Of a DNA stretch of 64,000 nt, positions 1 to 15,350 are shown piece after piece; the first letter of the stretch is position 1; each line of letters opens with the position of its first letter. The notes under the pieces were generated by a model that had not been told where the DNA came from, made no database searches, and saw nothing but the letters and a program-made list of their open reading frames with translations. Location: the NCBI RefSeq assembly GCF_009914755.1, contig NC_060945.1, one strand, 5' to 3'. Both the position numbers and the translations under genes were made by a program. The DNA is from the human T2T-CHM13v2.0 reference genome, Homo sapiens.

Positions 1-499
1 GCTATCCCATTAGGTGGGAAGGGGTCTCTTCCTGATATGCATCATACAGCTGCTTCTAGTGGTGGTACAGGACCCAGGAGAAGAAGAGTAGGTGCTTAAC
101 AAATATTTGCTGAATAAAGGTTGATGAAAATCAATGTCGACAATACATTTATTGGGATCAGGTAAGGAACAAAGGTGATATTAACAACAGCTGCCACCTG
201 CGTCTATTACCAGACATCTCATAGATAGCAACCCTGGGAGGGAGATCTTACATACATGAGGACAGAGGAATGGGAGATCCACCAAGGTGCCTGACAGCTG
301 CATTTGAACCCATACTCAGATAGAGGAACCCTCTGCAGTCTGCTCAGGGTTGGAGTTTGTGGCTGGGAGAAAAGAGGAACAGCCTCTGCAGCCAACCCTC
401 CTGGGCAGCGAATGTCTCCTCCCCACACTGCAGTGAACCCCTGGCCATCCTTCCAGCTCTGCCCTTGCCCCACTCCAGTAAAGCAGCCAGAGAGTGATA

Positions 500-1030
500 C
501 ACATTAGATTGTGTCTCTCCTCCACCCAAACTCCTTGACGGCTTTCCAGGGCACTCAGAATTCCAGGCCCTGGAGGAAACCAGCCCAGCCCATCACCTAG
601 ACCTGGGAGCACCTGTCTCCCTCGGCTTGCTCTGCCATAGCCTCTGTCTGTCTCACAGACGCGCCAAGCTTTTTCTGCCTCAGGACCTTTTCAGGGGCTT
701 TCCTTCTGCCTGGACCACTTTCCTGTCTCTAAACTCCCCCAGTTTTCCCCATGGCTGCTCAACCGTCATCTACTAAAGTAATGGGTAAAGTAACCCCGCT
801 CCCTACCCCTGAACCATCACAACTATCATGTCACATGCACGGGTTTCTTTTCACCATTGCATTTGTCTTATTTGATTTCTGTGTTTATGTATTTGTTGTC
901 CATCCTCCAAGTGACAGAGGGAGTGGATGGAGTGAAGGATAAGTTTTGTCCTGTTCACTGCCCAGCATCAAGAAAAGTGCTTGGAACTGAGTAGATAGTC
1001 AACAGACACTTCTTAAGAATGAATGAATCA
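500..1030 (+). mobile_element. LINE-2 3' end fragment
   Basis: Degenerate L2 3' motifs (cctcaggaccttt..., ttttgtcctgttcactg..., gtgcttggaactgagtag) ending in gaatgaatgaat; boundaries approximate. Confidence 0.7.
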
Positions 1031-1781
1031 ATCGATGACAATGAACTGTAGCTGCCACCTCCTCCAGCCTACGTACCCTGAGGCATCCTAGATCTCAGAG
1101 CAAGGAGATGATGACTGCCAGGCATTGAGTGGTGAAAAAATATTTTCCTTTGCTACTTACTCTTCTATCACTGGGTGGCAGTAAGGCTAGAAGCCTGGGA
1201 AATCTCCATCACCCGTCCTCTCTGTTTTGCGATACTCTTGGGTGCCCTGAGGGCTTTAGAGGTTGCTGCGGTCAACAACCTAAGCAACCACTTCTGAGTT
1301 TCTGGCATAGTGGCAACCACAACTGGCCAGTAGGTCGAGGAGGCCTCTGCTTAACATATTGCACCGATGTTTTGGTTATGCAAATATATGGTTTTTCTCA
1401 TTCCGATGGAAAACATTTCTGGCCAAGTCAAAACTACAGAAACACAGCAAGGAAGACTCATCTATATAGTCCCCTCAGTCCCATTGCCCCAGCCTGGGTC
1501 CCTCTTTTTACACCCTCAGAAGACTGTTCCCATTGCCTTCCTAGTCTTTGAGATGCAGGCATTTGGAAAGCACACATCTGATGCATACCTGAAACTCCGG
1601 ATCAGTCACGTAATTGTTTCCAGATATACAGGACATGTGTGATGACAGATAGGATATGAACAGATGAGTAGTGATTGGATCTGAGCTCAACATTCCAAAC
1701 CGATGCAAACTAGGGTGTGGGGAGAAGCCCCTGGCCTTTCACTTGGGGTGGGGCTGGGGGGCCTTCACCTGGTCTAGTTTA

Positions 1782-2135
<354 letters not shown>

Positions 2136-3829
2136 AATGGCAGGAGAAGGAGGGAGCAGTGGCTTTGCGTAGACTTTTCTCTGGGATGAACTGGGCTCAG
2201 GAAAGGAAGAAACCTGTTGGGTTCTGATGCGGGGCTGTTCACCCACAAAAGAATGGAGAGGTGCAGATGGAAGTGGATCTCCTGCAGAGATGGTGTAGAG
2301 ACAGAATGGAAACCCCAGGCCAGGAGTGTCAGCTTTGGGAACAGTGGTTGGTGGCATCTGCAGCCTTCTGCGTCAGCTGGACACCACACGTCTTAAGCCT
2401 CGTCACCTTCTCTTTACTTTTTTGCCCCTTCAAACTCACACTAATTTCAGTTGAGACAGGGCAGAATGCATACTTTGCACCACCCTATGCCACAAGGTTT
2501 CAATCTGGGGTGGGCATGGGGACCCTTTACATTGTATTCTTTAATAATTCACATGGCAGCATCGTAGGGCTACTTTTAATTGCTTCTTAAAAGTAATTAA
2601 TTGATTTTCTGACGTATCAGTTAACAATGTATTACACTGACACGAAGTTGTGTTTTGGCTCTTGATTGAACCGAGGGCTGTATGGATTAAATTCCACCCA
2701 GAGTTTAGCTTAGGAGACTCTAAAAATATGCCTCTATAAAAGGAAAGGCTTTTTACATGGCGTGTTGTCTAAAAATCTAAACCATATGTCCTTTCCAGGC
2801 TGTCAATGGGGTAAAATATGGGTTCCAGTGTGTGTAGCTGCTCAGACTTCGAACATTCAGGAGGCATAAAATAACCTACTGTTACTCAATATGGCCAACA
2901 CTCTGGATTAAAGTCACTCAGGCTATGCCGAGGGAATTCTCTCTCAGTCAGTGTGAAGCAGGAGCCATTCCATCAAAACGTGGTTTGCTAAGGACTCTTG
3001 GAAGGAGGCAAATATGAGCTTTGTTCTGAGAGCGGCTGTCTCCTGGCAGGAGCTGAGTTTGTCTGTAGCTGAGTTTGCAAGATCCATTCATTGACATTCC
3101 ATGATAGAAGAATTATACACAGGGAGGATTCCCATCAACAATGCAGACACTATTAATGGGGACGTTAAGACCAAGATTAGTTAAGTGGCTTGCCCTGGGT
3201 CATGCACTGAGTCAGTGGAGCATTAGGAACAAGGACCTCCTGACATTTTGGCTTCTGTAGGGATTTGTGTGGCAATTCTGTGATGAGGATGATATTGTAA
3301 CTGCCAGGAAGTCACCATGTATATTTCAACACCTACTGTACCCACAATATGAATCTCTTGACAGGGTCATTTCACGGGGGGCAGCATTTCTTCCCCACTT
3401 CTGGGAGCTATCACTCTGGCCTTTCTCCCCTTCATATGGTCAGTTGGGCGTATGGGAGAAGGAAGTGGCAACTCAGGGAACTCAGTTCCCTCCTCCCTCC
3501 CTCCACTTGGAGCTAGTGCCTGCAGGAAGCACACATTCTGGTCAGTGTCTTCATGTGGCATGTTTTACACTGGTTCAACTGCGCCTGAGACAGGTGAGAG
3601 AATTCAGCATTGGGAAGCCTGTGTGGCTGCACTTCACAGCCCCATTCTGCAACTTGGCCTTGAGCTGGCATTTGGATCTGCATGTGTCCCACTTCTTTTT
3701 GCCTGTGTCCTAATTGATTTGGAACTCAAGAGGGCTGCCATTCATTGCATGTCCTTCAATCTGAGTGTAAAGCCAGGACATGTGATGATGGCAGAACGAG
3801 CCCACTTAAACCTGATGCACAGTGAGCTG

Positions 3830-3960
3830 AGGCCTTGCTTCTCAGCTGTGTTCCTTACCTTGGCCTGGTCATTCGTGCTCAGTTTCCTGAATTATAGAAT
3901 GAGGATAACGATTCCTCCTTTACAGCACCGTTATGAGGACTAAATGAGATATTCAACGAG
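3830..3960 (+). mobile_element. MIR fragment
   Basis: Core-like gtgctcagtttcctgaattatagaatgaggataac...tgaggactaaatgagata. Confidence 0.7.
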
Positions 3961-5339
3961 ACCGCTTTTAGACTTTGTTTACCCTAGCAGTTGCCCAGTT
4001 AATAGGACTTGAACTTTTTTTTTAATTGCAAAGTACCAGAAGAAAGATGTAGAAAAAGTGTTTAAAAACCTTAACATATTATGCTATTTGATTTTTCAAT
4101 ATTTTGGAAACATCTTAAATTCTGACCAAAACTTACAGGAGGAAAATTGAAGGGAAGAATTAATGACTATGTGGAGACAAGGGAGTGCACCCTTTATGAG
4201 GAAGAAGAGGTGTGTATAGGAAGCACTTCACAGGTAAAGTCAAGCTCATCACTGATCTGGTCCTGCTGAGCTGAGGACAATACTTGACATTCCTCTGGTA
4301 ACTGTTTACATGACCATTCATTCTTCCTTGTCCAGCCTAAACACAAATAGGCAAAAAGACTCATGTTCATGGAATCTGCTTTAATTGCAGAGAATGGTTG
4401 TTTTATGAGCCTCAAAGGGGAAAAGCATTTTAAAAGCATGTGAAGAAGCATTCTATGCAAATGTAAAATATTATTAACAATCACATGACTACTTTGATCA
4501 TGTATTTTAACATATTTGTTGTTTCTTGGCAAAGTGGAAGGTGTTGTCAGACCAGAGGAATAAGTGCAAGAGATCAATGATGTTTGGGTGACTCATTTTA
4601 TAATTATCTTCAAACTTTAAGGCTTGCAAATTCCATTTTTCCTAGGTCAGTGTTATTTTGCTGAGATAGAGAACAAAAGTTAACATTATACAAATATGAA
4701 AAAAGTATTCTCTGGGGTCTGAAGTGCTGAATATCAACAGCCTCTTCACATTCCTCGTTTTTGGAAGTGAAAAGCTTTTACCCAGAGATATAGGTTGTCT
4801 TCTTAACTCTTTGAAAGTACAGTAATGAGATCCAAGCAGATTCAGTAATCCATATTCTGAAAGTTATTTGGGTTAAGAATAGAAGAGTTTTTTGTGTGTG
4901 TGGGGAAGGGGAGAGGGGGAAGAGTCATGAATTATTTACCATGATTCTAGTGATGGCAGAAAGCCTCAAGATTTTGCTGAAGTCACTGATTGATTTTCTG
5001 ACACAACAAGTGAAAGGCAACGCCAGTGGCTCATTGGTATTGCATGTCAGACACACGATCCCCTGTTAAATGCAGGGCTGCATTACAGCTGCTATAAGTT
5101 TGTGTTTCACGGGTGGGAGAAAGGGATAATTTCTGTTACCTGATCATTAATATACTCTAAAGAGTTCTGGAAGAAAGCAACAAACATGAACCCCATGTTC
5201 AACGAACATAATATGGGCCCTTCCCGTGGGCAAAGTCCTGTCCTGGAGAATTTGAGGGGTAACATTTGATGAAGGCATGGTCCCTCACTGTTAATAAATG
5301 CACAGTCTAGTGGAAGTGGCAGTGTGATTACCAAATACT

Positions 5340-5690
5340 GAGAGTTCGATGTAGAATGCAATGAATGAGATCACAGAGGTATAAGGCAAGTGTTATGGGA
5401 GCACAGGAAGGGGGAGAAATGAGTTCCATCTGAAAGGGCTGAGGAGGGAGGCTCGGAGGAGGAGATGATGACTAGATTGAGTCTGGAAAGAGTGCAGGGT
5501 TTAGACAGGCAAAAATGGGAAAGGAATTTGAGCTAGCTCACATGACATAAGCAAAGTCAAGGAAGAGGGAAAGTACAGGGGATGTCACAGAATGGCACAT
5601 GTTGGATGCAGCTGTGGGACATATCAGCATGGGAAGAGAGGGCCCAGGCAGAACAGAAGGCCAGGAAGGGAGGCCAGCCCTGGGTCGCGG
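5340..5690 (-). mobile_element. LINE-2 fragment
   Basis: Antisense L2-like text (agtgttatgggagcacaggaagggg...agcaaagtcaagga); approximate. Confidence 0.55.
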
Positions 5691-5699
5691 CGGCATTTT

Positions 5700-5890
5700 C
5701 TGAGCTGCCAGGTCTTTCTATGTGTTATCTAACTTAATGCTCACAAAATCCTTTTGGGAAAGGCATCATGATTGCTCTAATTTTATACATAAAATAGCAG
5801 ATTTATGGAGGGTCAGTAATACCCAAGAACACCCAGCCAGCAAGTGGCAGAGCCAGGACCTAGATTCAGGACTGAAAATAGCAAAGGCCA
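5700..5890 (-). mobile_element. MIR
   Basis: acccaagaacacccagccagcaagtggcagagccaggacctagattcagg is antisense to the MIR 5' half. Confidence 0.7.
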
Positions 5891-6712
5891 TGCTGTGACC
5901 CCATGCTGTTCCGACACAGTAGAAGTCCTATAACTAAGTCTATGGCTAGGGTTTGGAGACTTCTTTCCCATGGGCAGGTGGGCATCACAGAAGGACTCTG
6001 AGCAGCAGAGAAACCTAAGTGACCATGCTTCAGGTAGAGCCTGAGGAATCAGTGAAAAGAATGAGTAGGCAGAGATTGAAAGCCCATCGGCCAACTGGGA
6101 GATAGGGCACATGTCTTTGTGAAGGGGCTGTGGAAGCCAAGGAAAGAGAAAGCAGATGGAGACAGGGTGAAAGAGGACACTCAGAACTTTGGAGCCTAGA
6201 CATTGGGGTGAGGCTAGGGCACAGATGCAGATGTCCAGGTGTTTAGCCTGGGTGACTGGGATGATTGCAAATCATCAGGCAGTTTTCAGTTGAACAAAAA
6301 GAATTGGAATTCTGCATTAGCATTCTACATCCTACACCTAAAGGCGTGACTGGTTATTAGACAGTAAGAGAAATGCTGACCAGAGTTTTAATACTACATC
6401 AATCAGAGGCATTTCTGCTGGGTAACAAATTTAATAAAATGACAACATCCCTTGATATCTCTCTCATTCTTGGCAGAAATATCTCAAAGAAGATAGACAG
6501 ATGGAAAGGTGGTCAGACACATAAAGAAAGCAAGCGAGAAAGCCTGGAACGTTGAGCCCTCATACAAGCATTGAAATGAATGTGGGGCTTGGTCAGTATG
6601 AAAGGCAAGTCAATCATCATCACTGGAAGTCAGAATCAATTTGTAAGATGGCTCGTCAGGACCCTAAACGCATAAACAGAAGAATGAGAGGTTGTTATAA
6701 AGTCCTTGGCTT

Positions 6713-7010
6713 GGCCGGGCGTAGTGGCTCATGCCTATAATCCCAGCACTTTGGGAGGTCCAGGTGGATGGATCATGAGGTCAGGAGTTCAATACCAGCC
6801 TGGCCAACATGGTGAAACCCTGTCTCTACTAAAAATACAAAAATTAGGTAGGCTTGGTGGTGGGTGCCTGTAGTACCAGCTACTCAGGGGGCTAAGGCAG
6901 ATAATTGATTGAATCCGGGAGGCGGAGATTGCAGTGAGCTGAGATTGAGCCACTGCACTCCAGCCTGGGTGACAGGGTGAGACTCTGTCTCAAAAAAAAA
7001 AAAAAAAAAA
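6713..7010 (+). mobile_element. Alu (AluSg/Sx-like)
   Basis: Full Alu with poly(A); TSD aaagtccttggctt at 6699-6712 and 7011-7024. Confidence 0.98.
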
Positions 7011-7491
7011 AAAGTCCTTGGCTTTTACCCAAGTGATGATGCTGTGTGTTAAGGTCAAGTTGATCTGATAAATCGCTATGCAATAATCCAAGCACCCCAA
7101 TCCCTTGGGGGTGCTCATGAGATGAGAGATGCAGGGGCATGACAATATTCTCACCTTGAAAACCTCTTGGGGAGACTTCTCAACATAGGTTTGTGACAAT
7201 TGTCCCCTGGTCTGAGTTGAAAAAAATGTAGCTGATCATTATCAGCATTGCCAGATTAACACTGGTACCCAGTGAAATAGTCATCCCCCCTTGCAAGGGT
7301 TATGTGGAAGGAAGGATCTATGTTTAACAGATTATTTTAGTTTTAAAATTTGCTTATCTTATATATTGTGCTGCCATGGATGCCCTTGATTTTATTCTTT
7401 GTTAGGAAGGAATATCATGGCTTTGAAATCCTGAGGCCTATACTGTAAATCTTTCACAAATTTAAAAAAGTACATGAAATAAGATACATGA

Positions 7492-8075
<584 letters not shown>

Positions 8076-9663
8076 AACTAGTCGAAGCTGTTTCCCTTGG
8101 TACTCAAACTTAATAAGGTGGATTTGCAAGTATAGTCTTTGAAAAGTGATGACCATGGAGAGAAGGGACTTTTGTGAGGGATCCCTGATCTGGTGACCAG
8201 TGAGAACCAAGACAACTACACTCATTCAAGACCACATTTTACGTTTGAGCCCTGTTACTGGAGAACAGATAAGGGACCCATCCCGTGTTTTTGACTTCTT
8301 GACCTACTGACTTACTACATAACTATATCGATTTTGCATGGAAGCTCCTGCTCTCTGTGGGTTTGACCAGGCACCATTGGCCTGCCTTTTGCTGCAATAA
8401 GTCTGGGGGCTTCACTCACTCCTTAGTGGCTTATTCTCACCACATATTTGGCTCACACCAGCAGAGCCTGACTCTTCCGGGGAAAAAATGATTTACCAAA
8501 TTAGCATGGAGATAAAAATACTTTCTTCTTCGATTGAGTGGTCTCCTTATAGAATTGAAACAAAATTAGATTCAGGAAGTGGCATGCATTTTGGTAACTG
8601 ATGCTTGATAATTGAGTATTATTAGATTTAGGTTTTTGCCCAAAATAATGATTGTAGGACATTAGAACGAACTATTTCAGATGAAACTTTTCCAATGTGA
8701 ATCAAATTGTGAAAGGAACAAGCACATCCTGAATTAGTGCTGTATTTTTGAAACATACTGGAGTAGGTTTAAGCATTCCTTCCTTCCTCACGGTCATTGA
8801 GCAGATGTTCTTGCCAGGCTCTGCGTTAGGTACTTGGACTTGGGCAGTGAATCAGACAGCAAAAGCCTCTTCCTTTCAGGAGCTGACCTTCCAGGTGCAG
8901 ATAGAAACACTGAAATGAATTCTAATTGCATGTGTGGTGTGTGGACATAGCAAAATAACCATCATCAAGGAAAAAAGTACTCTTCATATTTAGAAACTTG
9001 GCTCCATACTATTTTACCAATTTTGGGAATCCCAATTATTTTTTTCCCAAAGATACATTTTAGCACGTAGGCACACTTTGAGGCTTTACTCCCACTCTCT
9101 TTTGTTTCTTTTACTATTTTCTTATTCCACAACCAAGGTCTTTCCCAAAACCCCAGCCTTTTCTCCTCCTGATGGCAAATTATGGCCATTATTAGAGACG
9201 GTGATTGTCCCATTTCTGCACAATGAGGTGAAGCAAGAATGAAAATGCTTGTGGATTTTGGTACTACCTACTGGGGGCAGCTTCCAACTGGAAACACACC
9301 ATGAAATTTACCAGTTTCAGACCAAATTGGATAGTCACTTAAAAAATCCCATGTAAGCATTTGTACCTTTGTTTCATATTTAAGCTGTATATTTTACATA
9401 CCTGGGAACACCTGGAAAGATCTTTTGGTATGACTGTCTGGAGAAGGTCTTAAACTTTTAGATTGTTAAGGAACTTTTCAGTTCCTTACATAAAACCTAG
9501 AGTTAAAAACTTGCGTTCTGAGGCCATCCCTATTTCTCTTGTGATGTGATATGTTGAGAAGTTATATATACACATCCACATGGGCAAGCCACATACTCAC
9601 TAAGAAAGTCCTTTTGTGTAAATACCAGGAGCTAAATAAACATTTTTTCATGTTTTTTTCTAG

Positions 9664-10475
9664 TTTTATTGTGGTAACATATATATATAACATAAAATTT
9701 ACCATTTTAACAATTGTATTTTTGTTTTTTGATTTGTTTTTGAGACTGAGTCTCACTCTATCACCCAGGCTAGAGTGCAGTGGCGTGATCTTGGCTCACT
9801 GCAACTTGTGCCTTCCGGGTTCAAGCGACTGTCTTGCCTCAGCCTCCTGAGTAGCTGGGATTATAGGAGCCTGCCACCATGCCCAGTTAATTTTGGTATT
9901 TTTAGTAGAGTCGGGGTTTCACCATGTTGGCCAGGCTGGTCTTAAACACCTGACCTCAAGTGATTTGCCTGCCTGGGCCTCTCAAAGTGTTGGGATTACA
10001 GGCATGAGCCACTGAACCCAACCATTTTAAAGTGCATAGTTATGTGGCACTAAATATATTCACACTGTTGTGCAGCCATCACCACCTTCCATCTCCAGAA
10101 CATTTTTGTCTTCCCAAATGAAAACTCTTTACGCATTGAACCAGTCAACACCACCTCCCTGTTTCCCCCTCCCCCATAGCCTCTGGTAATCATCATTCTT
10201 CTTTCTGTCTCTATCATGTGACTACTCTAGGAAACTCATCTAAGTGAAATTGTACAGTATTTTTTGTGTCTGACTTATTTCACTCATTATAATGTCCTCA
10301 AGCTTCATCCATATTGTAGCATAAGTCCCTCCTTTCTAAGGCTAAACAATATTCCACTGTATGTACAAACCACATTTTGTTTGTCCATTTGTGTGTCAAT
10401 GGGCTTGGGTTGCTTCCACCTTTTGGCTATTGCGACCCATGCTGCTATGAACAAGAGTGCACAAATATAAACATT
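9664..10475 (-). mobile_element. L1MB-type LINE-1 3' end, interrupted by an Alu
   Basis: ttttattgtggtaa...cataaaatttaccattttaa resumes at 10021 (...cacactgttgtgcagccatcaccaccttccatctccagaa...gctgctatgaaca). Confidence 0.85.
9718..10020 (-). mobile_element. Alu (AluSx-like)
   Basis: Antisense dimeric Alu nested in L1MB. Confidence 0.96.
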
Positions 10476-10500
10476 CTTATTCACTCTATTGACATAATCA

Positions 10501-10797
10501 TTTTTTTTTCTTTTGAGACAGTGTCTCTCTCTGTTGCTCAGGCTGGAGGGCAGTGGCACCATCTGGGCTCACTGCACCCTCTGCCTCCGGGTTCAAGCCA
10601 TTCTCCTACCTCAGCCTCCCTAGTGGCTGGAATTACAGGTGTGCACCACCATACCTGGCGAATTTTTTTGTATTTTTAGTGGAGATGGAGTTTCACTATA
10701 TTGGCCAGGCTGGTCTCGAACTCCTAACCCCAAGTGATCCACCTGCCTCGGCCTCCTGAAGTGCTGGGATTACAGGCGTGAGCCACCATACCAGGCC
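10501..10797 (-). mobile_element. Alu (AluSx/Sz-like)
   Basis: Antisense dimeric Alu, poly(T) at 10501; degenerate TSD acataat. Confidence 0.96.
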
Positions 10798-11729
10798 TAC
10801 ATAATTGATTTTTAAAAATTGTGACAGACTCAACTATGATCAATCCCTTTTGAAAATCTGTGGCAGGATAGGATAATATTAATTAATTGATCTTGAATAC
10901 TTCCAACCTTCCTGATAGATTCATCTATGTCTTTAATAGACACTTGATGGCCGCCCAGCATGTACTGAGCAGCCTGCTGGATCTGGAGGATTCTGCTTCA
11001 AGTGTCTCTAACAGAGGAGACAGGACTGTAAGTGGGGGGCTCGAGGCTGGTGCTCTGTGTGCCACAAGCAAGGTGTGTGCCGGTTCTAGAGGAGAAGACA
11101 GCAGTCGTGCTTTGCCCTTCCAGGATTGTCAGGAGGGGTTTGGTAGCGGTGGAGAGACCAGAACTGAAGAGAAATGCATGCAATGTACCATCCCTGGGCT
11201 AGGAACTTGATCTCTCTTATTTTATGTAATTCTTTTAATAGTTTTATGAGGTAGGTACTTTACTGTCTTTATATCAAAGACAAGGAATTAAGGTTTGGTG
11301 AGATTAGTTTGGCCAAGGTCACATACCTAGTAAGAAGCACATCACTTTATAGCTCTTAACTACTCTGTTACATTGATGTTCCAAGCAGGTATTAACAGGG
11401 TAAGGGAGAGAAGGGGTGAAGAGTCTTCCAGAAAGAGAGAAACAGTGATCTACATCACATGGGCTGATGAAGGAGCATGGGGGAATTTGGAGAACTGCAA
11501 GATGTCCTTACAAGTAGGGTCACCACAATTGCCTGCTGGAGTCCCCCCTGGTGATGAGGCCTGGGGAAGCCCCCTGTTCCCTCATCTCTTCCTCATTGTC
11601 CTTCTGGTAGGATAGCACCAGTGACACCTGGAGAGGCTGGATATTTTCTGCTCAATTTGGGTTTCTGCTGCTTGGGAATTTCTGACATAAACAGATGGAA
11701 AACATCAGAATCATTTTTACTGAATAAGT

Positions 11730-11865
11730 ATCTACCATTGATTGAGCGCTTATACTAAGCCAGACACTATTCTAAGTACTTCACCTTCATTATCATTCTA
11801 AATCTTCACAACAATCCTTAGAGGTAGGTTCTATGATTACCCTATTTTATAGAGGGAGAAAATAG
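11730..11865 (-). mobile_element. MIR 3' half
   Basis: attgagcgcttatactaagccagacactattctaagtact...cttcacaacaatccttagaggtagg. Confidence 0.8.
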
Positions 11866-12439
11866 ATAGCAATTGGCATGGCCTTGATTAGAATAATATG
11901 TAAGCCCAAAAAACTACAGATGGTCATTACCAATGTCCTATTTATGTATTAGACCCTAACAGCCAACTTTCTCACCTTAGCATGATACAGTTATGTCTTG
12001 ATTACCTCTGTTATGGTATGGCTTATCCTTGGCCGTTAGGACGGGTGGCTGTATAGCTCAGTGTGCCCCAAAAGAAAAATAATGACTATCAAGCACCCAG
12101 GGGCTGCTGATTCCCTTTCATCTTGTGCAACAGTAAAGATGAAATATCTATATTTAAATTGGGCTCCTTAAGAGGTGGGCTGTCACTGTCAGTTAGCTTT
12201 GTGGTTTTCATTTCTTTCCAGTTCAGAATTGGATTTGTGAAGAAACTGAATAGTGATGAGACCGGCCCTGTTCACCCTGATGACAGTTATGCACGTTTTT
12301 AAGTTGTGACGTCATGAAAACTTGTGGCACCTTTCTGAACAGCCAGAACTTCATTTCAAACAAAACTCTAATTATAGTTGTTACTTAAAAAAAGTCCAAA
12401 CTCTAAAAACCATAACCTAGTTGTTGACCTAGTTTATAA

Positions 12440-13550
12440 AGTCTAGGCATTCCACGGGAATTCAAGGTGCACAAAGGCCAACCTGAACTTGTGGCTGACC
12501 CCATACCTTCTGCTCTTCTTATATTTCCCATTTCAGTGAACAGCAATTCTGTCAACCATCATTCAAATGCAAAAGCTCAAGTCTTTCTTTCCCAACACTG
12601 CAACTCTGTTGATTTTACCACCTCCCCATCCTCTGGTTATGTCCCTCACCTCCTCCCCACTGCTGGTCTCTGGAGTTTACTTAGTAGATCTCTTCGATTT
12701 GGCCTTGACTCCCACCTTGCCATCTTCCACGCTGCTGCTGAGCCATGTCTCTCGCGTTAAAATCTGAACACATTTCCCTGCTTGAAAGCCTTCTATAGTC
12801 CCCAGTGCCAGGAGGTCCTGGCCACTGGGCCCACTGTCCACATCTCCTGTCTTCCCCCTCTTGAATCTAATGCTGTTGTTGTATTGACATTTTTGTGTTT
12901 TCATACGTGACAGGGCAGTTCACAAGTTGGGGCCTTTACTCACTCAGTGACCCAGCCCCGCCATGGTGGTTTTGCCTCTTCCCCTATGATGGCTAACTTC
13001 TCTTCACAACAGCTTACCCATCAATCCAACTTGGGATCCTGTCCCTTTGCTAGGCCCAACTTAGCTCCTCTCCTCATTTCCTTCAATTCATTTCAACTAA
13101 ATTTCAGTTCATCTTTGATGACCACTTGCTAAGTGCTAGGCTCTGTGCTCTGTGTTGGGAATATGGAGATGAATGGAACACAGTCTCTTTCCTTAAGGTA
13201 CAACAGGTTAATACTCAATAGCTACAAGGTGTAGAGGTGGCACAGGGTGGCTGGTGACTAATTGTCTTGGAAGGCACACAATTCCTGGAGCTAGTGATAT
13301 CAGGGTAGAGTTTGTTAAAGGACAGTAGGAAATTGACCTGTGGCTGTGGTGTGTTGGTGATGAGAAGAGGAGAGACATTCGAGTTGGAATAAGCAACATG
13401 TGCACAGTCATGGTGGTACAAACGAAGAATGTGTTTGGGAGACTCCTATGCGGTTTAGTATCACTGAAAAAGTCTCCTTGGGCATGAGACCAAAGAGGAA
13501 CGTGGGAGCCATTTGAAGGAGTATCATGTTTATTATGCTGAAGAGTTCAA
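12440..13550. mobile_element. LINE-2 fragments (sense ~12440-13050, antisense ~13080-13550)
   Basis: L2-like tttcccatttcagtgaacagc, then antisense L2 end gtgctaggctctgtgctc...gagatgaatggaacacagtc. Confidence 0.55.
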
Positions 13551-13584
13551 TTTTATCTCTTTCCTGAAATTTCCATTTCTTCCC

Positions 13585-13944
13585 TGTCTCAATCAGCTTG
13601 GGCTGCTATAACAAATTACAATAGACTGGGTGGCTTAAACTACAAACATTTATTTCTCATAGTTCTGGAGGCTGGGAAGTCTAAGATTAAGATTCAGCTC
13701 TGGAGGGAGCCTGCTTCCTGGTTTGCATATGGCCATGCTGTCACTGTATCCTCACATTGTATGTGTGAGAGAGAGGAGGCAAGCTCTCATGTCTCTTGTT
13801 ATAAGGGCACTAATTCTATTCATGAAGATTTCATCATCATGACCTAATTACTTCCCAAAGGCCCCACCTCCTAATACCATCACATGGGGTGTTAGGGCTT
13901 CAACATATGACTTTTGGGAGGATACAAACATTGAGTCCTTAACA
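13585..13944 (-). mobile_element. ERVL-MaLR solo LTR (MLT1A/A0-like)
   Basis: TG...CA ends; gggctgctataacaaa...aaacatttatttctcatagttctggaggctgggaag...ccccacctcctaataccatcac; tccc flanks both ends. Confidence 0.9.
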
Positions 13945-14143
13945 TCCCCAATCTGTGTTTCCCAGTGAGTTCTATGCAGGTGCAATGAAGTCCATAAACT
14001 CTTCCCAAACTATGTTATCCTTTAGAACAGTTGTATGAATTTCCATAGCACTGGTAGTTTGGGTTACGTATCTGAAAACATAATTATACAGGTCTTTCAT
14101 TACTCTTGAATTGGATCATGTGAGTTTATTTTCACTTCCTCAA

Positions 14144-14594
14144 TGTTATGGGTTGAATTGTGTCCCTCCTAAAAGATATGTTGAAGTCCTAATCTCTGGT
14201 ACTTGTGAATGTGACCATTTTTGAAATAGGGTCTTTGCAATTATAATCAAGTTAAGATGGGTCATTATGGAGGGTTCTAATCCAAGATGACTGGTGTTCT
14301 CATAAGAAGAGGAAAGCCATGGGAAGACACAGACACAATGGGAGAAAGCCTTGTGATATCAAAGGCAGAGACTGAAGTGATGCAGTTACAAGCCAAGGAG
14401 TGTCAAGGATTGCTGGCAACCATCAAAAACTGGGAAGAGGTAAGGAAGGATTCTCCCCTTCCTGTTTCAGAGGAAGCCCGGCTCTTCCTGATCTTAGACT
14501 TCTGGCTTCTAAAGTTTTGAGGCAATAAATTTCTGTTTGCTTAAGTCACCCAGTTTGTGGTACTTTGTTATGGCAGCCCTAGGGAACAAATACA
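14144..14594 (+). mobile_element. ERVL-MaLR solo LTR (MLT1C/B-like)
   Basis: tgttatgggttgaattgtgtcc...aataaatttctg...gtggtactttgttatggcagccctagggaacaaataca. Confidence 0.9.
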
Positions 14595-15042
14595 GCTAAT
14601 TATATTGTAAGATCCTTAGAGGTAGAAAAATGATGAAATATTTTAGCATGATTACAGCATGGCTCAGAAAGAGGTTCGAGAAATAATTGGTACGTAAATG
14701 TTGAATGGGTGCATGAAATGGAGATGGGAGTTCACAATAGTCAGAAGGGTGTAGAGTCACCTGTTTTTCCCAAAGGCTAGTACTATAGAGTGCTTTCCTT
14801 GTGCATCTCGTTGGGCCATGGAAAAGCTGTGCTTCTCTGTCACTTAACTTATTCTTATCACAGTCATTCAAAGCAAAAATAAGGGCAGAACATATACACA
14901 ATTGTTAACAGAAGTTATCTCTAAATGGTAATATTTTGGGTAATTTTGATTAACCTTTTGCTTTAATTATATTTTCTAATAAAAAAATTATGTATTCCTT
15001 TAATAATTAAAAGTATGTATTTTAAAAATACAAATGTGCTTA

Positions 15043-15350
<308 letters not shown>

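Noticed and set aside
12047-12065. ggctgtatagctcagtg resembling a tRNA 5' end
   Set aside because: No B-box/T-loop or cloverleaf follows
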